This document shows positions 42,503-57,540 of a DNA stretch of 64,000 bases, piece after piece. The translations under genes and the position numbers were made by a program. The notes beneath the pieces were generated by a model that was given only the letters and a program-made list of their open reading frames with translations, did not search any database and was not told where the DNA came from. Within the stretch, counting starts at the first letter, position 1; every line of letters begins with the position of its first letter. Source of the DNA: Tubiluchus corallicola (taxonomy: Eukaryota > Animalia > Priapulida). Location of the stretch: the NCBI GenBank assembly GCA_030141605.1, contig JAQGDQ010000617.1, forward strand, positions 62,001-126,000, read 5' to 3'.

Positions 42503-45500
42503 TATATTAAATTTCTTTTTGGAACATTACAGACGTTGCCTTTTAACCACAGCAAAGTCATTGTGAGAATGTGTAAAATTCTTAATACCTTCCAAACCTT
42601 GTAAAGGAAAACCGGATACGATCTTGGGCTACAGCTCAAAACAATCTAATCTATCAAATATTGAAAAGGGACATTGTTTTTTTTTAAAGAATCATCATTA
42701 TCATCATCATCATCATCATCATCATCATACGCCCGTCACGTCTATTGTAGACATTGGGCAGGCAGAATTCTAAAATTAAAGAAATCTGCCTTCACACAGG
42801 TAAACGCAGCAGTAATCCAGCAAAAAACTAGACACTGCTACGCCAGTGGCTTGTCAGCACCACTTCCGAAAAATGAATGACGTACGTGAAAGAATTATTA
42901 GTGCAGAAACCTTTGTGTGACTAGTTCTTCGCCGTTACAAGCGCTTCGTCATTCGCAAGTTAGATGGGCACTAGCGTCTGTATTTCGGGGAAAGCGTTAC
43001 ACAAAAACAGGCCCTGTATATGTCTTATTTCCGATATGCTCAGTTGTGGCGAAGCTCACACGTTGAAGAGCACATGCATGATCCTTGCACATGAATTTTT
43101 GATTTTAAACTTAAACTTTGCCTAGTTTTTGCATGTCACACTGAATATCTTACAGTAACACTTACTTCAATTTTAGCTTTCGAAAACACTTACAACACGC
43201 TGGTGGAATATTTTTGCTGTTGAAAATTATGTTAGTTTGTGACGTCATCAAAAGTTGGGCTCGATTAAATTTTTAACCAATACCTTACAGTAACACTTAC
43301 TTCAATTTTCACTTTCGAAAACACTTGCAACAGGCTGGTGGAATATTTTTGCTGTTGAAAATTATGTTAGTTTGTGACGTCATCAAAAGTTGAGCTCGAT
43401 TAAATTTTTAACCAATTATTTAATTACCAGAAACGCTCTAGCATTATTGCGAAATGCGTTCTTTTTACCGTACTTCAAAGTGGGGTAGGATACGAAAAAT
43501 TATCCTGCTTTCCATTAAGCATCAAGATGAAAATTAGATTATTATACGCCCAAGATCAGGTGCAAAGCGTCTGAACTCCTTACAAACTGAACTTTCTCTG
43601 TGACGATAACCAACTAAATCCAGTGTGTCGACATGAAAGAGTAGATCTTTTTTGGAAGAAGTGCTGACACTGCTTGACCTCGAAATAGATATTTGTTATG
43701 TGTTGGGTCACGACAGGTCATAGATATATTTAGCGCATTTTTCCAATGCCTTCAAACACGTCTATATATTTATATAATGAAGCTCAAGCTTCAGGATAAG
43801 GGCATTTTTCAATGCTTTCATGCACTTGTGCATTTCATGTAGGCCTATGTTCAACATGATCAACATTTTGCGACAATTTAAGCTCTAGAGTCAAGACTTG
43901 TTTCTAAACTATGTACAATTGGTACATTACCTTCCACTAGCTCACATTTCTACAAATAATTTGCGCCTTTGTGCACAATTGGCAATTCAACAACACTTAA
44001 ATATGTAATGGGAGCACTACCAAAACCATAGGCCATAGTTTTTATTTTAAAACTTGCCTAGTTTTTGTACAGCACACCGAATATGTTACAGTAGCCCAGT
44101 TCTTCAATTTTCGCTATCTGAAACACGCGCAACAAGCTCGTGAAATATTCTAGCTGTTGAAAATTATGTTAATTTGTGATGTCATCAATAGTTGGGCTCG
44201 CCTGCCGTTAATTAAGTTTTTAATTTATTATTTAATTAGCACAAACGCTTTTGCAGTATTATTGGTGTTAAAATGTATACTTTCTATCAGACTGTACTGG
44301 ATTTAGCAATTTTAAGTTTAACACATATCATACTGCTTTTTCGAACACTTACATCTTACATATTACACTTACGTCTGCAACTGAATCTATCTATATCTAT
44401 GGCCTGTTGTGGCCAAATTCTTAGCAATATTGAGAACTTTATGCAGTATATGTTAAATGGTTAAAAATTTCTGCGCTACGTTTTTGTAGCCACAGACTTT
44501 TGAACCACGCATGAATTCTTCGAATCCCCAGGTAAAGATTCAACGCGAACCGTCAAGTGCATGGCTTCTTAAACAGGAACAGAAGTAACTTCTCTAACGT
44601 CTCCTCCTCCTAACAAATAATCTTCCTCAACGACAGTGACATTTTCCCGCCCACCATTAAGGCAACGCAGTTTCACATATTTTCGGTAAAAACTCTCTAA
44701 ACCGAGATTTGCGGGGATTTTAAAACAAAACTGGACCCAATCTTAAACTGTAGGTCAAAACAATCTACTCTTAAAAATATTCAAAGGAAACATACTATTT
44801 TTTTCAAAAACGACTTAAGTGAAAAAATTATTGCTACACAAACACAATTTCGTGTTCGCGCCACTAGTTCTTCGTGCATTTCACCATTTCCTAGTTAGAC
44901 GGGCGCCTGTATTTCGGAAACCCATTACAATTAATTTTCTGGGACTAGGTCTACCGTGTCCTCACTTTCATGTTCACAAATATTTAGAAATACAAAACTT
45001 TGCAATGACTATCCATTGAATACAAAACTATCCAGTAGGTCACGATGCAGTGGAACAGAAAGATGACTGTCGTTCTACTAATCAGAAAACGAAGTAAACG
45101 CCTGCGTAAGATTGCAAGTTTAAAACCTGGTCAAAGTGATTTGCATGCTATGCAATCTCAGGATTTATTACCGCTTCGTGAAAATCCAACAGTCGTGGAC
45201 GCGTGATCCATGTTAAGCAGATCAGATCCACGCCTAGGGATTCGGGACATTCAGGACAATCTCCACATTCAAAGTCAAATGTGTTTATTGCCGTATTGAA
45301 TTTTCTATGATGTGACTGAGATATATCTCTTCAGATTTACGACGGTGTTTTCAAGCACCCCGCGTTTAGATGCGCCCCGATGAAACATGGAGATTTTAGT
45401 AAAACCGAACAGGTGATAATTTCTGCGGAAGCCGGCAGTGCGAAATTATCCGCTTTTTCACAAGATTGATGTCATGGCTTCCTCCAAGTTGAGACTGTTA

Positions 45501-45736
45501 TTAATTGAAGCGATCAGTCCGAACCATTAACCATAGAATTTGCACTGATTTCATTATCGAAAATTGCCAAGCAGAAAGAAATTTGCTGCCTAAGACGGTT
45601 TTTGAATGCAAGAGTAGCACATAAATGAACTTCCATTGCTGGAGTGTCTATTAGATGATGCTGATCCTATAGACAATGGGCTAGCATCTTCATGGCGTTG
45701 GACTGAATACAATCCACATTTTGAGGTGCTCTGAAC

Positions 45737-45835
<99 letters not shown>

Positions 45836-45865
45836 CACTAGTAATAGTAGTAGTAGTAGTAGTAA

Positions 45866-45957
<92 letters not shown>

Positions 45958-46407
45958 ATAGTAATAGTAGTAGTAGTAGTAGTAGTAATTACTTCTTGAG
46001 TACCCCACGAGTCATTTGCAGCTTAGCATCTTGTGTGCATAATAATAAATAAAGATAAATAAAATTGCGGAGTTTGCAGAGCCAAAAAAAATATATGATG
46101 ATACATTTCCCGTCTTTCCGTGTTATGTTCATATGTTACTTTCATGTATGTTATTTTATGTATAGTTACTACATAGCAACATAGCATATGTTAACACCGT
46201 TACTATATTTAATTTGATCTTAAATTCAGTACGAAAACTCTTTGAGCAAACCAGTGGCAACTTGTCGTTTTACATCGTTACAAATGGGAATTTGGTCACC
46301 TACAGTAATATTTTGTCTCGCCTGCAGTCGGTTACTTGTAATTGGATTCAAGCGGAAAGGTGAAACATTCAAAGAATTGCAATAGTTGCAGTGAGAACAA
46401 CACAAAT

Positions 46408-46793
46408 CATGTTGCCGTGTGCCGTGGCCATTGTCACTGGCATGGCATGTGTCGTGGCCATTGTCACTGGCATGGCATGTGTCGTGGCCATGTCACTGGC
46501 ATGGCATGTGTCGAGGCCATGTCACTGGCATGGCATGTGTCGTGGCCATTGTCACTGGCATGGCATGTGTCGTGGCCATTGTCACTGGCATGTTATGTGC
46601 CGTGGCCGTTTTCACTGGCATGGCATGTGTCGTGGCCATTTTCACTGGCATGGCATGTGTCGTGGCCATTGTCACTGGATGGCATGTGTCGTGGCCATGC
46701 CACTGACATGGCATGTGGCGTGGCCATGTCACTGGCATGGCATGTGTCGTGGCTATTGTCACTGGCATGGCATGTGTCGTGGCCATGTCACTG
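46408..46793. repeat. 28/30-bp GC-rich minisatellite, about 13 units
   Basis: Unit TGTCACTGGCATGGCATGTGTCGTGGCCA(T). Confidence 0.95.
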
Positions 46794-47104
46794 AAGGCAA
46801 ACACTATCAAAGCACGGCTACGAAAACAAAGCTATAATAAAACCAAATCAACTTCTGTAAAATAAAATATATACGTAATATAAAAGCGTTCACAAAGGCA
46901 GTTAATATCATAATTCATTTGTAGAAATAATAGATTCACGCACGTTGCTTAATTAAGATAATTATGCAACTTGAATTCATATTTGCAGTCAACTTTGCAA
47001 TCACAATGCGTAACATGCAACCTGTTTTTTGCACGTAGGGTTTCACAGGTATCAGGTAAAATAGATGAAGATGTCGTACTTAAAGGACAAACAGAATGTA
47101 GGGA

Positions 47105-47189
47105 ATTTTGACAGCAGCGAGATTCGAACCCGGACTTGCGCTTGTCCGCTGTTTTTTACTCACGCCATTCGGTTAAACTGGGCGAACCC
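47105..47189 (-). mobile_element. Degenerate tRNA-derived SINE head
   Basis: Minus-strand B box GGTTCGAATC; no full cloverleaf. Confidence 0.4.
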
Positions 47190-48143
47190 CGGTGTAGCAG
47201 GTGAAATTAACTCCAAGCCAGAGAACACCCCGGTGGATAAACTGTCCTAGAGCAAACTATACCCGGGGGGGGGGATTAGCCAAGGCCAAAATATACCATC
47301 CAGCTCAAAATGTGCCCTTCTTGTGTGTCATGACTTTTAGCACATTATGAACAGCCAAGTTGTTTGAATATTATGTTACAACTGCATCATGCTATTTTGG
47401 GCATGTGCTTTTACTTTAATGTGTGAACACTATTGAGAAGTGTGGTAGTAATCTTTGATCTTTGCAGAGTCTAATATTCTCACTAATTGTGCTTTTCCTG
47501 TTTGAAGTAATAAACGTCTCTGTGTTCAGAGGTGTGGTCTTCAAGATTTAAGCAGGTAGCTTTCTCACTTGACTTACTGGGCAAAGCTAAAATCACAATA
47601 AAATGTTTAAAAATTAATTTATTGTTGTACTTATCACTCTACACTGCTGATATCATGGGGTGTATAATCTGGCCTGGGGGTATGAATTAATTGGCCTAGG
47701 CCATAATAACCCAGGGGTATAATCTATCCTAGGCCACTTTAACCCCCGGGTATAATCTAGCCTGGGGGTATGAATTAATTGGCCTAGGCCATAATATCTT
47801 CGGGGCATAATCCATCCTAGGCCACTTTAGCCCTCGGGTATAATCTGGCCTGGGGGTATGAATTAATTGGCCTAGGCCATAATATCCTCGGGGCATAATC
47901 CATCCTAGGCCACTTTAACCCCCGGGTATAATCTGGCCTGGGGGTAGGAATTAATTGGCCTAGGCCATAATATGCCCGGGGTATAATTTATCGAAGGCCA
48001 CTTTAACCACCGTGTGTAATCTGGCCTGGGGGTATGAATTAATTGGCCTAGGCCATAATATCCTCGGGGCATAATGCATACTAGGCCACTTTAACCCCAG
48101 GGTATAATCTGGACTGGTTGTATGTTATGGCCTGTTACGCTGG
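47189..48143. mobile_element. TIR element carrying an 88-bp tandem array
   Basis: Imperfect TIR CCGGTGTAGCAGG / CCTGTTACGCTGG; five 88-bp units at about 47660-48115; inverted degenerate units near the left end. Confidence 0.6.
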
Positions 48144-48477
48144 CAGTAGTTATGAAACGTGATTATGGAAATTGTGTATTGTTTACTATTACTGCACGCA
48201 CGTCAAAACGAAAGGTCATGTTCGTCGTGTTAGTTGTAGAGAAAAATAAATTGAATTGAATTGAACTGAATTGTGCTAAGTTCAAGCAAAAAGTGACATG
48301 TACAGTAAGACGGTACAGTTATGACATGTACAGTTAGACGGTACAGTAAAATAATTAAGTGGTTATTGGAGGAAGATTTCCTTCATAATAAAACATTCTT
48401 GGATAAACGTTTAAGGATGTTTCAGGCAATTAGTAGTTCATTGTCAGGTGTCAAATACGTGGCGAGAATCGAACGAG

Positions 48478-49054
48478 TTAAAGGAAAACAGATTATTTTT
48501 TCATATACTACCTCATTTTTAACAACGGTAAAAATATATATTTTAACACTTATAACAATGCCAAAGTGTTTCTGAAAACTAAATGATATGTTAGAAATTT
48601 AATTAGCGGCTTAAGAGCGCGATTAGTGATGACATCACAACTGAACATAAGTTTCAACAGCACAAATATTCCGCGAGGTTTTTTCACGTGTTTGCGAAAG
48701 CGAAAATGGAAGTACAGTGCTACCCTACAACATTTTCGTGCATTATATACAAAAACTCGGCATACTTTAAGTTAAAAATTCAGATTTCATGTTTTACACT
48801 ATGCTCACGCATGAGCTGTTTAACGTGTGCACTACGTCACAACTGAACACCTCAGAACTGGAAAGGATATATATATATATATATATATAGCACCTGCTTT
48901 TGTGCTACAGTGCGTTTCAGAGATGCAGGTCGTAAGTTTCCAATAATTTTTTCCACGTAAGTCGTTCTTGAAAAAATAGTATATTCTCTTTCAATATTTT
49001 ATAAGGTAGATTGTTTTGAGTTATAGCTTAATATCGGGTATCATTTTCCTTTAA
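48478..49054 (-). mobile_element. Kolobok-like family A, full-length copy
   Basis: TTAA-AGGAAAA ... TTTTCCT-TTAA. Related fragments at about 28250-28430, 42602-43520, 44050-44300, 44722-44930 and 50240-50406. Confidence 0.65.
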
Positions 49055-49664
49055 ACTATTAAAATGCACTAAGCATATAACTTGGTAAAACGAATGAGAT
49101 CATTTACTGTCAATACTTTTAAATTACTTTAAATAAACATGTCCGTTAACTTTGTGCAATTACTAAGATTTGAGGAAGTCAACCCTCAGTCAGAATAAGT
49201 CAATTGACTGACATTTTCAACTGAGAAACTTTATAAAAATGACTGATTTTTCCCCAAAGGTTTCGTGTCGTCAAAAAAAAACCAAGCATATCAACTATTT
49301 GATTAGAGTTCACTTGCTTAAACCTGAACTTACCGATTTCGGTTTTGTGAGGTTTCGCAATTTTTATCAAACCACGAATTAGCATTGCCATCAGTATTAT
49401 TGTAACGACGTTAACTTAGTAGCTATTATCATTATTCAGTATAAATTCAATGTATTTCTTATTTTATTATATTATGTATCATAATTATATTATTATATTA
49501 TACTATTATTACATTATCGTATTATTATTTTATATATGTATATTAAATTAAATTGATTATAATTATTCAGGATAATTAGAAATACCCTTCTTTCTGGAAA
49601 CATGATTTATTCTTGCTGAACAACCCGAGCTGTTTAGTTGTAACAGAACTTCGATATTTGTCCA

Positions 49665-49770
<106 letters not shown>

Positions 49771-49771
49771 T

Positions 49772-49861
<90 letters not shown>

Positions 49862-49868
49862 CAGTAGC

Positions 49869-49985
<117 letters not shown>

Positions 49986-49992
49986 TGTTGTT

Positions 49993-50023
<31 letters not shown>

Positions 50024-50074
50024 CAGCAGCAGCAGTAGTAGTAGTAGTAGTGGGTAGTAGTAGTAGTGGTAGTA

Positions 50075-50153
<79 letters not shown>

Positions 50154-50885
50154 TAAATAAATAATTATTTATTTATTTATTTATTTTATTCCAGACATTT
50201 ACAGTCCACAGAACAACAGTTAGTTAGCAGAAACAGAGTCAGCTTAGATGTCATAAGTAGTTGGGTTCGCCCGCCGGTAATTAAGATTTCAATCTATTAT
50301 TTAATTACCAGAAACGCTTTTGCAGTATTGATTGTGTTAAAATGCATACATTTTATCGGATTTGAAAATGGGGAGGTATATGAAAAATCATCCTGTCTTC
50401 CTTTAATATAGGACACAGTAAAACCCCACCGTAAGTAAATTTGAAAAATGAAAGATAATAACGTAGAATATAAAAACGTGTTGGGTTTGTTACAGGGTAG
50501 ATATGTTACACTAGCCTAGAAGAGCATATGCGTAACATCAATTTACCAAAATTATATTCTCTGCATAGCTCTGGCACGTGATAGTGTAAATTGTACCAAA
50601 AATACTGTAGTGGGAAGGTTGTGATTTCTTTAAATAAAAAGTGACATAAAATTTGTTGATATTGTAAGATCTTTGTCAAGCAGATTTCGTTCAAATTATT
50701 TACAATTTGAAAACTTCAGAATATAAAATTTATTTTTTGCAATAATTAAAGAAAAGCATTGCAGGAAAATGATAAATGATTTGTTTATATTGTAACATGT
50801 TTATCAAGTCAATGTCGTTCCTGTTATCTACAATTTGAAAATTACAAAAATATCAAATTTGTTCTTCGTAATTTAATAAGAAAGT

Positions 50886-50979
<94 letters not shown>

Positions 50980-51261
50980 TATAATAATAATAATAAAATA
51001 TAATAATAATAATAATAATAATAAACCTGGGCTAAAAGGTGCTTAGAGCAGCAAGAAAAAATAGAGTTATTTTGATTTTTTCTGCAATTTATTCCAAAAG
51101 TTGCAAAAATCAAACATTTTCAGGAAAATATTAGTTTCTGTAATATATTAATAATAATAATCTTTATTTAAAGTCGGCTTTTGGGTCAACAATTAACATT
51201 AGCTCAAAGAGATATTATCGCCGACTGTAAATAACAATCTACAACTACATAACAGATACTA

Positions 51262-51384
51262 TTATTACCCCACTTTTACCCTAAATAGCACGCGTCAGGC
51301 AGGGCAACAGCAGGTAGAATTTTTAAAGTCTTTGGTCGAACTCACGACCTCCCAGACGGAAAGCAGACGCATTACCATTAGACT
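51262..51384 (-). mobile_element. tRNA-derived SINE remnant
   Basis: A-box-like TCTAATGGT and B box GAGTTCGA, followed by CCAAAGACTTTAAAAAT..TACCTGCTG..CCCTGC, which from memory resembles the Meta/MESC SINE core (unverified). Confidence 0.55.
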
Positions 51385-52400
51385 GTATTACATAAAATAT
51401 TACGTTTGTGTCTTTGGGTAGAAGAATTTCTATAATAAATTCGTGTTTTCAAAACGGAAATAAACTAACAGTTGAATTGAATTAAATTGAACAGCAGTGC
51501 AGCTTGTTTAATTGTAGCTATAACTACAGCTGTACCGCAGCCATTGTGTGTAAATGTAAGTCAAATGAAGCAAATACAGAAAACTAGGTTAGAATTCCAA
51601 ATTTGTTGGTGCCAGACGCGTGTCTGACTCCACTTTGTTTACAACACACAGAAGACAAGTGGACAACCAAACGAAAACATTTGAAATAAAGCTTAGTCAT
51701 CATACACAGTTTTTACATACAGCGTTTCTAAACAGAGCAAAAGGCTAGAACAGTGGCAGGTCACGCCTAACTCACAGTCGAATTATTCTCGTATTTACGT
51801 TGTATATAAACTATACTATAGCATACTACTCTAACAATTTTTGCCGTAAAACTAATAAAATCTAATTAGATTAGCTGGCGTTGACGTTTTGATACATTTT
51901 TTTAGGCTTTGAACTGTGAAAAACTAGAATCGAGCCAGGTTCGGTGTTCGACTCCCGGATGGTTCACAAATTTCTTCAGTTAAATAATTTATCATCGCTG
52001 ATTTCATATAAAACGTTAATTATTAATTTATTAATTATAGTTCTAGTTTATCATAGCACGATAGGTACAAATTTCTGCTTCCTTTAGTTTTAATTGCTAG
52101 TGATAAAATTGAACATGCATTAGATTTGATATCTTCTTTTTCGCGCTAAATTCAATTTTAAAATGTTCTAAAACGGAAATGACTACACAGAGAAACATAT
52201 AATTATCTATCTTGTAGTTTGTAGCAAGTTATAAGTAACACCTAACATACTATAACTATAACTGTAACTGTAACTGTAACTGTAAATATAAAATAACATC
52301 GAAACGAATCTAATCCGTTTTGCTTCACGCATGCATGCATGTGTGTGTGTGTGTGTGTGTGCGTGCGTGCATGCGTGCGCGTGCGTGCGTATATATATAC

Positions 52401-52447
<47 letters not shown>

Positions 52448-54817
52448 AAGCTTGCAGCTATATAGAGATTATGTTTAATAGATAATACGTATATCGATAT
52501 ATACACATATCCACATACATACACACACACACACAAATACACACGCACCGCACCGTCTGACACACACCAACGCACACACGCACGCACACACGCACACACA
52601 CACACATACACACACACACAAATACACACGCACCAGCAACGTCTGATACACACCAACGCGCACACGCATGCACATACACGCACGCACACGCACGCACACA
52701 CGCACACACAAACACACACACACACAACTATTATATGACGCCATTCTACAACAATGCTACATGTGCTGCCATCTACAAGTGACAATGCATACCTTACAAT
52801 GTGCATGATTAGAATAAAAAACTTAGTAGATTGTACAAATACACTTTTACTCAAAATAAATTCATTATTTAAATATAGTATATAAGTCCATGTTTTGAAA
52901 AAACTCCAGACATTTCAATATCATTTTCCGTATTATAAATACAGCAGTTAATGTTTGTAAATAAGTCTGTTTACACGCTGTTCAAAAGTGATTCTACATC
53001 CAACACCTGACCACATTTATCAAAACCTGACAGAAATCCAGTGTAAATTTTGTTGCAACGGAGCAGATAAAGAGAAGACCTCCAGGGAGGGAACAGATCA
53101 AATCACACACTGACTTCGCCTAGTCTGTAGACTTCTCTAAGTTTTTTCAAAAAATAATTTTTTTCGATGTTTATCTGGTAGTCTTACTGTTCAAGCTAAG
53201 TAATAAATTTTTAATTTTTTTGCTTTACTTGCAGTATCTTCGAGCCCTAGGCTCAAGCCAACTAGGGTTAAAAGCTATAAAGAACGAAAAGTAGATCTAT
53301 AAATTCCAATCAATTTATGTAGTTCAAGCCAATTTGTACAAACATTCTACAGTACATTCGAAATAAACAATTTTTATTAAAACTTGAAAGGAAGAACCAA
53401 TCCTCGAACGACATTTATTGCAATTTAATGTACGACTAAAAACATTGAAAACACCACACAATATATGCGCATAGAATTCTTTGCTTAAAAACGTAAAAGA
53501 AATTTAAATATTTTTTATCTTCCGCCAAACGAACGTCGCTGCCGGCATATTTAAAAAAAATGACGTAATCTGGTGTCTGCTGGGCAACGTGAATGCCGTG
53601 AAGGCCAAGCTGTCTGAAGATACGCGTTGAAAAATTTCTACAGTTTGCTTAGAAGTTCCGTCATTCTAATGTTGTGTTTAACTGTGTTTATCTAGAAATT
53701 AGTCATTCGATCAATTATGATCAAATTTAAAGTGGTTACATCGGTTTAATCTACAGTATTACACCTTAAAATGTGTAAGTAATTAACATTAATTGTGTAA
53801 ATAATTAATTTACAGATTTTTGTTGACTTTTAGATACGCATGTAAACTTGCCAGCACGTAGTAGGTACCGGACTGGTTACTTAGTTTACAAACTTCGCTC
53901 TATAAGGTAAAAAAGATTCTGAAGCACCTGGCGGTGTTTATATTGCACAGAAACCAGATGACGTCATTTTTCGTCTGAAATAAGCGCGCCCAAGCCTAAC
54001 TTTAAACTGATTTTACTAATTACACGAGATGCTTATCACAATTTTATTGCTGAAACTTTCTAATATTTTCCCAAGTATTAAAATAAGCTTAACATCCCGA
54101 GAAACTTAGCTTCTGCTTTAAGATATAAGATACTAAAAACATTACAAAGGTTTCGACTACAGAGTCTAGCAGTCACGTTCAGTGTGACAGAGTGTAACAG
54201 CAATCATGTTTATAGGAGAAGCCATCAGTATACAAAATAACATGTTTTCACATGAAGCCAAAGATGTTGTAAAACAGGCCTGTATAGAAAAAAGACATAC
54301 AGTAAAAAATTACAGCTAGGTGTATGAAAGGTATAGGTAAATAAATATTGCTCTTGTCCTTCACTATTTCTATTGAATTGATGGTAGCTAAAATTACTGC
54401 ATAATTTTACAATACAACAACACAAAACACAACATACAGATAAACAAATTACCAAACACAGCGAATTAAACAATTTACATTATAAATAAATAAATAAACA
54501 ATCACGCATTAATTATAGCAACATCAGATCTTTAAAAGCCAAATTCATATGGGTTACTCTCTTATGCTCTAAGTTTTGTGAATCATTTTTAAATATCCTA
54601 AATAGAGCAATTTTATCAATGCACTTTTTTTCAAAAAACAGTCAAATTCACGCTACATCAGTTCATTGTTATACATTGTTCATCACTTATATAATACATG
54701 ATGAGAAAACTCAGAGAAAACTTTAAACAAAATTGTGCCGAAACAGATGTTGAAATTTCGTATTTAATTTTGTCAGTTTTTGGAGTTTTTTGTTCGTGTT
54801 TTTAAAGGAAGACAGGA

Positions 54818-54853
<36 letters not shown>

Positions 54854-55844
54854 CCCTACCTAGAATGGAGAGCCACAATATATATATTATATATATATAG
54901 CCCTACCTAGAATGGAGAGCCATAATATATATATATACATTTATAGGTACAATTTGTTTAGCTATTCAAGTTGGATTTTGTGTTAACACTCGGTACCAAA
55001 ATAGTTAAAACAGTTTATACATTGTTTTGCTTTGACGATTAATTCCTTTTTCACCGCAGAACTTATGCATGTCAAATCCACCTGAGTTCATCTAGAATGT
55101 TTCAATTTAACCTTGTCAGGTTTATTATGTCTTTTAGTCGGAATACAACATAAAAACAACAATTTTATTTTATCAATTCCAGTCAATTCCAAATTTCAAT
55201 TAAAAATCGAAATGTGCAAAAATCATCATTATTACCTAATACGATGGAGCAAGAAATAATAATAAAGATATTTTAGTGTGTTAAACCATGTATAATCGTA
55301 CAGGAGTTTCAATTTAAACTGCGCTAATTAATACAGTGTGAAATTCAAAACAGTTCTAATTATACGAGCATGTTAAACTTTTGTATACATTTAGATACTA
55401 AAAGTTTGCAATTTGTAAGCGCATTACGATCTACACATCGTGTGGCGCAAAAATTTTAAATACAATATTATAAGAAAAAAACAGTATCGATTAAAAATTG
55501 CCGCCCTGATGTGACAGACGTTTTAGTAAAAACATAAAAAATTTCAAATTATTTCCTTAGATTCTTCTAAAAATACGGAAGTTTTAAAACAACAAGTCGA
55601 AAAACTAAATGCCGAAAAAAACTTTGTTTTGTCACTATTGTTAAAATTTACGTCAAGTGCTCTATGTGTCCACCATTTTCACTGCGAACCAGACGAAGTT
55701 ATTTCCTAAATAAGGCTGACACAGTTTCTCAGTTTTTCAAGATGTAATTAGTCCCAGAATTCAACAATTTCTGCCTTTAGTTCCTCTGCATCAAACGTCT
55801 CTGTGCGGCCATAGTACATTTCCTCTGTTAGGGAATTTCAGTTG

Positions 55845-56354
55845 CTTTTATCTCAGATACTATTATCCCAGATACTATTATCCCAGATACTATTATTTCA
55901 GATACTATTGTTCCAGAAACTATTATTCCAGATACTATTATTTCAGATAGTATTATTCCAGAAACTATTATTCCAGACACTATTATTCCAGTTACTATTA
56001 TTCCGGATACTATTATTCCAGATATTATTATTCCAGTTACTATTATTCCGGATACTATTATTCCAGATACTATTATTCCAGACACTATTATTCCAGATAC
56101 TAATATTCCAGTTGTTATTATTCCAGTTACTATTATTCCAGTTACTATTTTTCCGGATACTATTATTCCGGATACTATTATTGCAGATACTATTATTCCA
56201 GTTGTTATTATTCCAGTTACTATTATTCAATATTATTCAGAGGATTAAGTCTCAATTTTTCTTGTGCATTAGATGTAAGAGGTAACGCTAGCGTAGAACA
56301 CATACGGACTGTAAATTTCATTAAAGAACTTATATGGGCTCTAGAACGTAATTG
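55845..56354 (+). repeat. 15-bp minisatellite with unique tail, copy 1
   Basis: (TATTATTCCAGWTAC)n followed by a 127-bp tail identical to 63874-64000. Confidence 0.9.
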
Positions 56355-56651
56355 TTTTCATTTTTTGACAGGAATGAAGTAATACTAACATATTATCTTA
56401 CGGTAACTGAATTTATATATTCACATTGCTTACTGTTAATTAATTACTAATCTTGCTAATTAATGTTATTTTCTTTTTGATTTATTTGTATATTTTGATG
56501 TGATTGTACCACGAGTATGAGTAAGAATGATACAATTATGTGTATATGAGTACGAATAAGAATGATATAATTATATGTGTATACGAGTACGAATAAGAAT
56601 GATATAATCATATCTGTATACGAGTACGAATAGGAATGATATAATCATATG

Positions 56652-56790
56652 TATATATAAACTTGTAACTTCCACAGCTAGATGATAATGTACAGTAATA
56701 TCACGCTGTGAAATTTCAACTGTGCAGAGCACTTGCTTCTAATATTATTGCACGCTAAACATGGGCATATTTTTTCTGCGCCACCCTGTA
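56652..56790 (-). mobile_element. Tc1/mariner-like MITE end fragment, second copy
   Basis: TA-CAGGGTGGCGCAGAAAAAA on minus; homologous to 27759-27900. Confidence 0.6.
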
Positions 56791-57049
56791 TATGTACCTC
56801 CAATACCACTAGTCCTTCGCCATAATTGGTTCAAAAAGCGGTGCAAAGGGAAGAGAAAAGCCGCCGACAATGACAGGTTTTTCTATATAAATGGCTGACT
56901 GCTCATATTTCTGTGGATTCGCCTACAACTAATTGAGCAAAGTTGACAAGGTGATATATATTCGACTCAAACTGTACAGCATTCCTAGCAATGTTCTAGA
57001 TACGGAGAGTTAAACTATTATCACATTGTTGGCACTTACTTACATAAGC

Positions 57050-57540
57050 CAACAATACTTATATGCAAATATATAGACTGTCTTATTGTAGATATTTTAA
57101 CAAGACAATATAGTCTTACTTATATACAGAAATATAGCTTATCGTAGTAATTTTAACCATTTTTAGAGTAGAAAGAAAGTAAAAGAAACTGCTTGAAAAT
57201 ATATTCTTATATAAGACAACAGTACTTATATTTATATACAAAAATATAGGCTGTCTTATCGTAGTAATTTTAATAAGACAATATAAACTTACTTATATAC
57301 AGAAATATATTCTTATCGTAGTAATTTTAACTATTTTTAAAGTAGAAAGAAAGTAAAAGAAACTGCTTGAAAATATATACTTATACAGCCAACAGTACTT
57401 ATATTTATATACAAAAATATGGACTGTCTTATCGTAGTAATTTTAATAAGACAATATAAACTTACTTATATACAGAAATATAGTCTTATCGTAGTAATTT
57501 TAACTATTTTTAGATTAGAAAGAAAGTAAAAGAAACTTAT
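57050..57540. repeat. About 178-bp tandem repeat, nearly 3 units
   Basis: TAGAAAGAAAGTAAAAGAAACT recurs at about 57169, 57343 and 57516. Confidence 0.85.

Noticed and set aside
47105-47189. Possible tRNA gene (also 51330-51384)
   Set aside because: Only box motifs remain with no cloverleaf; better explained as SINE heads.
50485-50505. TACAGGGTA, complement of the miR-10 5' end
   Set aside because: The match is only 9 nt with no hairpin, and miR-10 is expected between Dfd and Scr, outside this window.
55828-56285. Pentapeptide-repeat ORFs (also 63340-63931, 61249-62499, 58385-59024)
   Set aside because: Mini- and microsatellite translations open in several frames on both strands.
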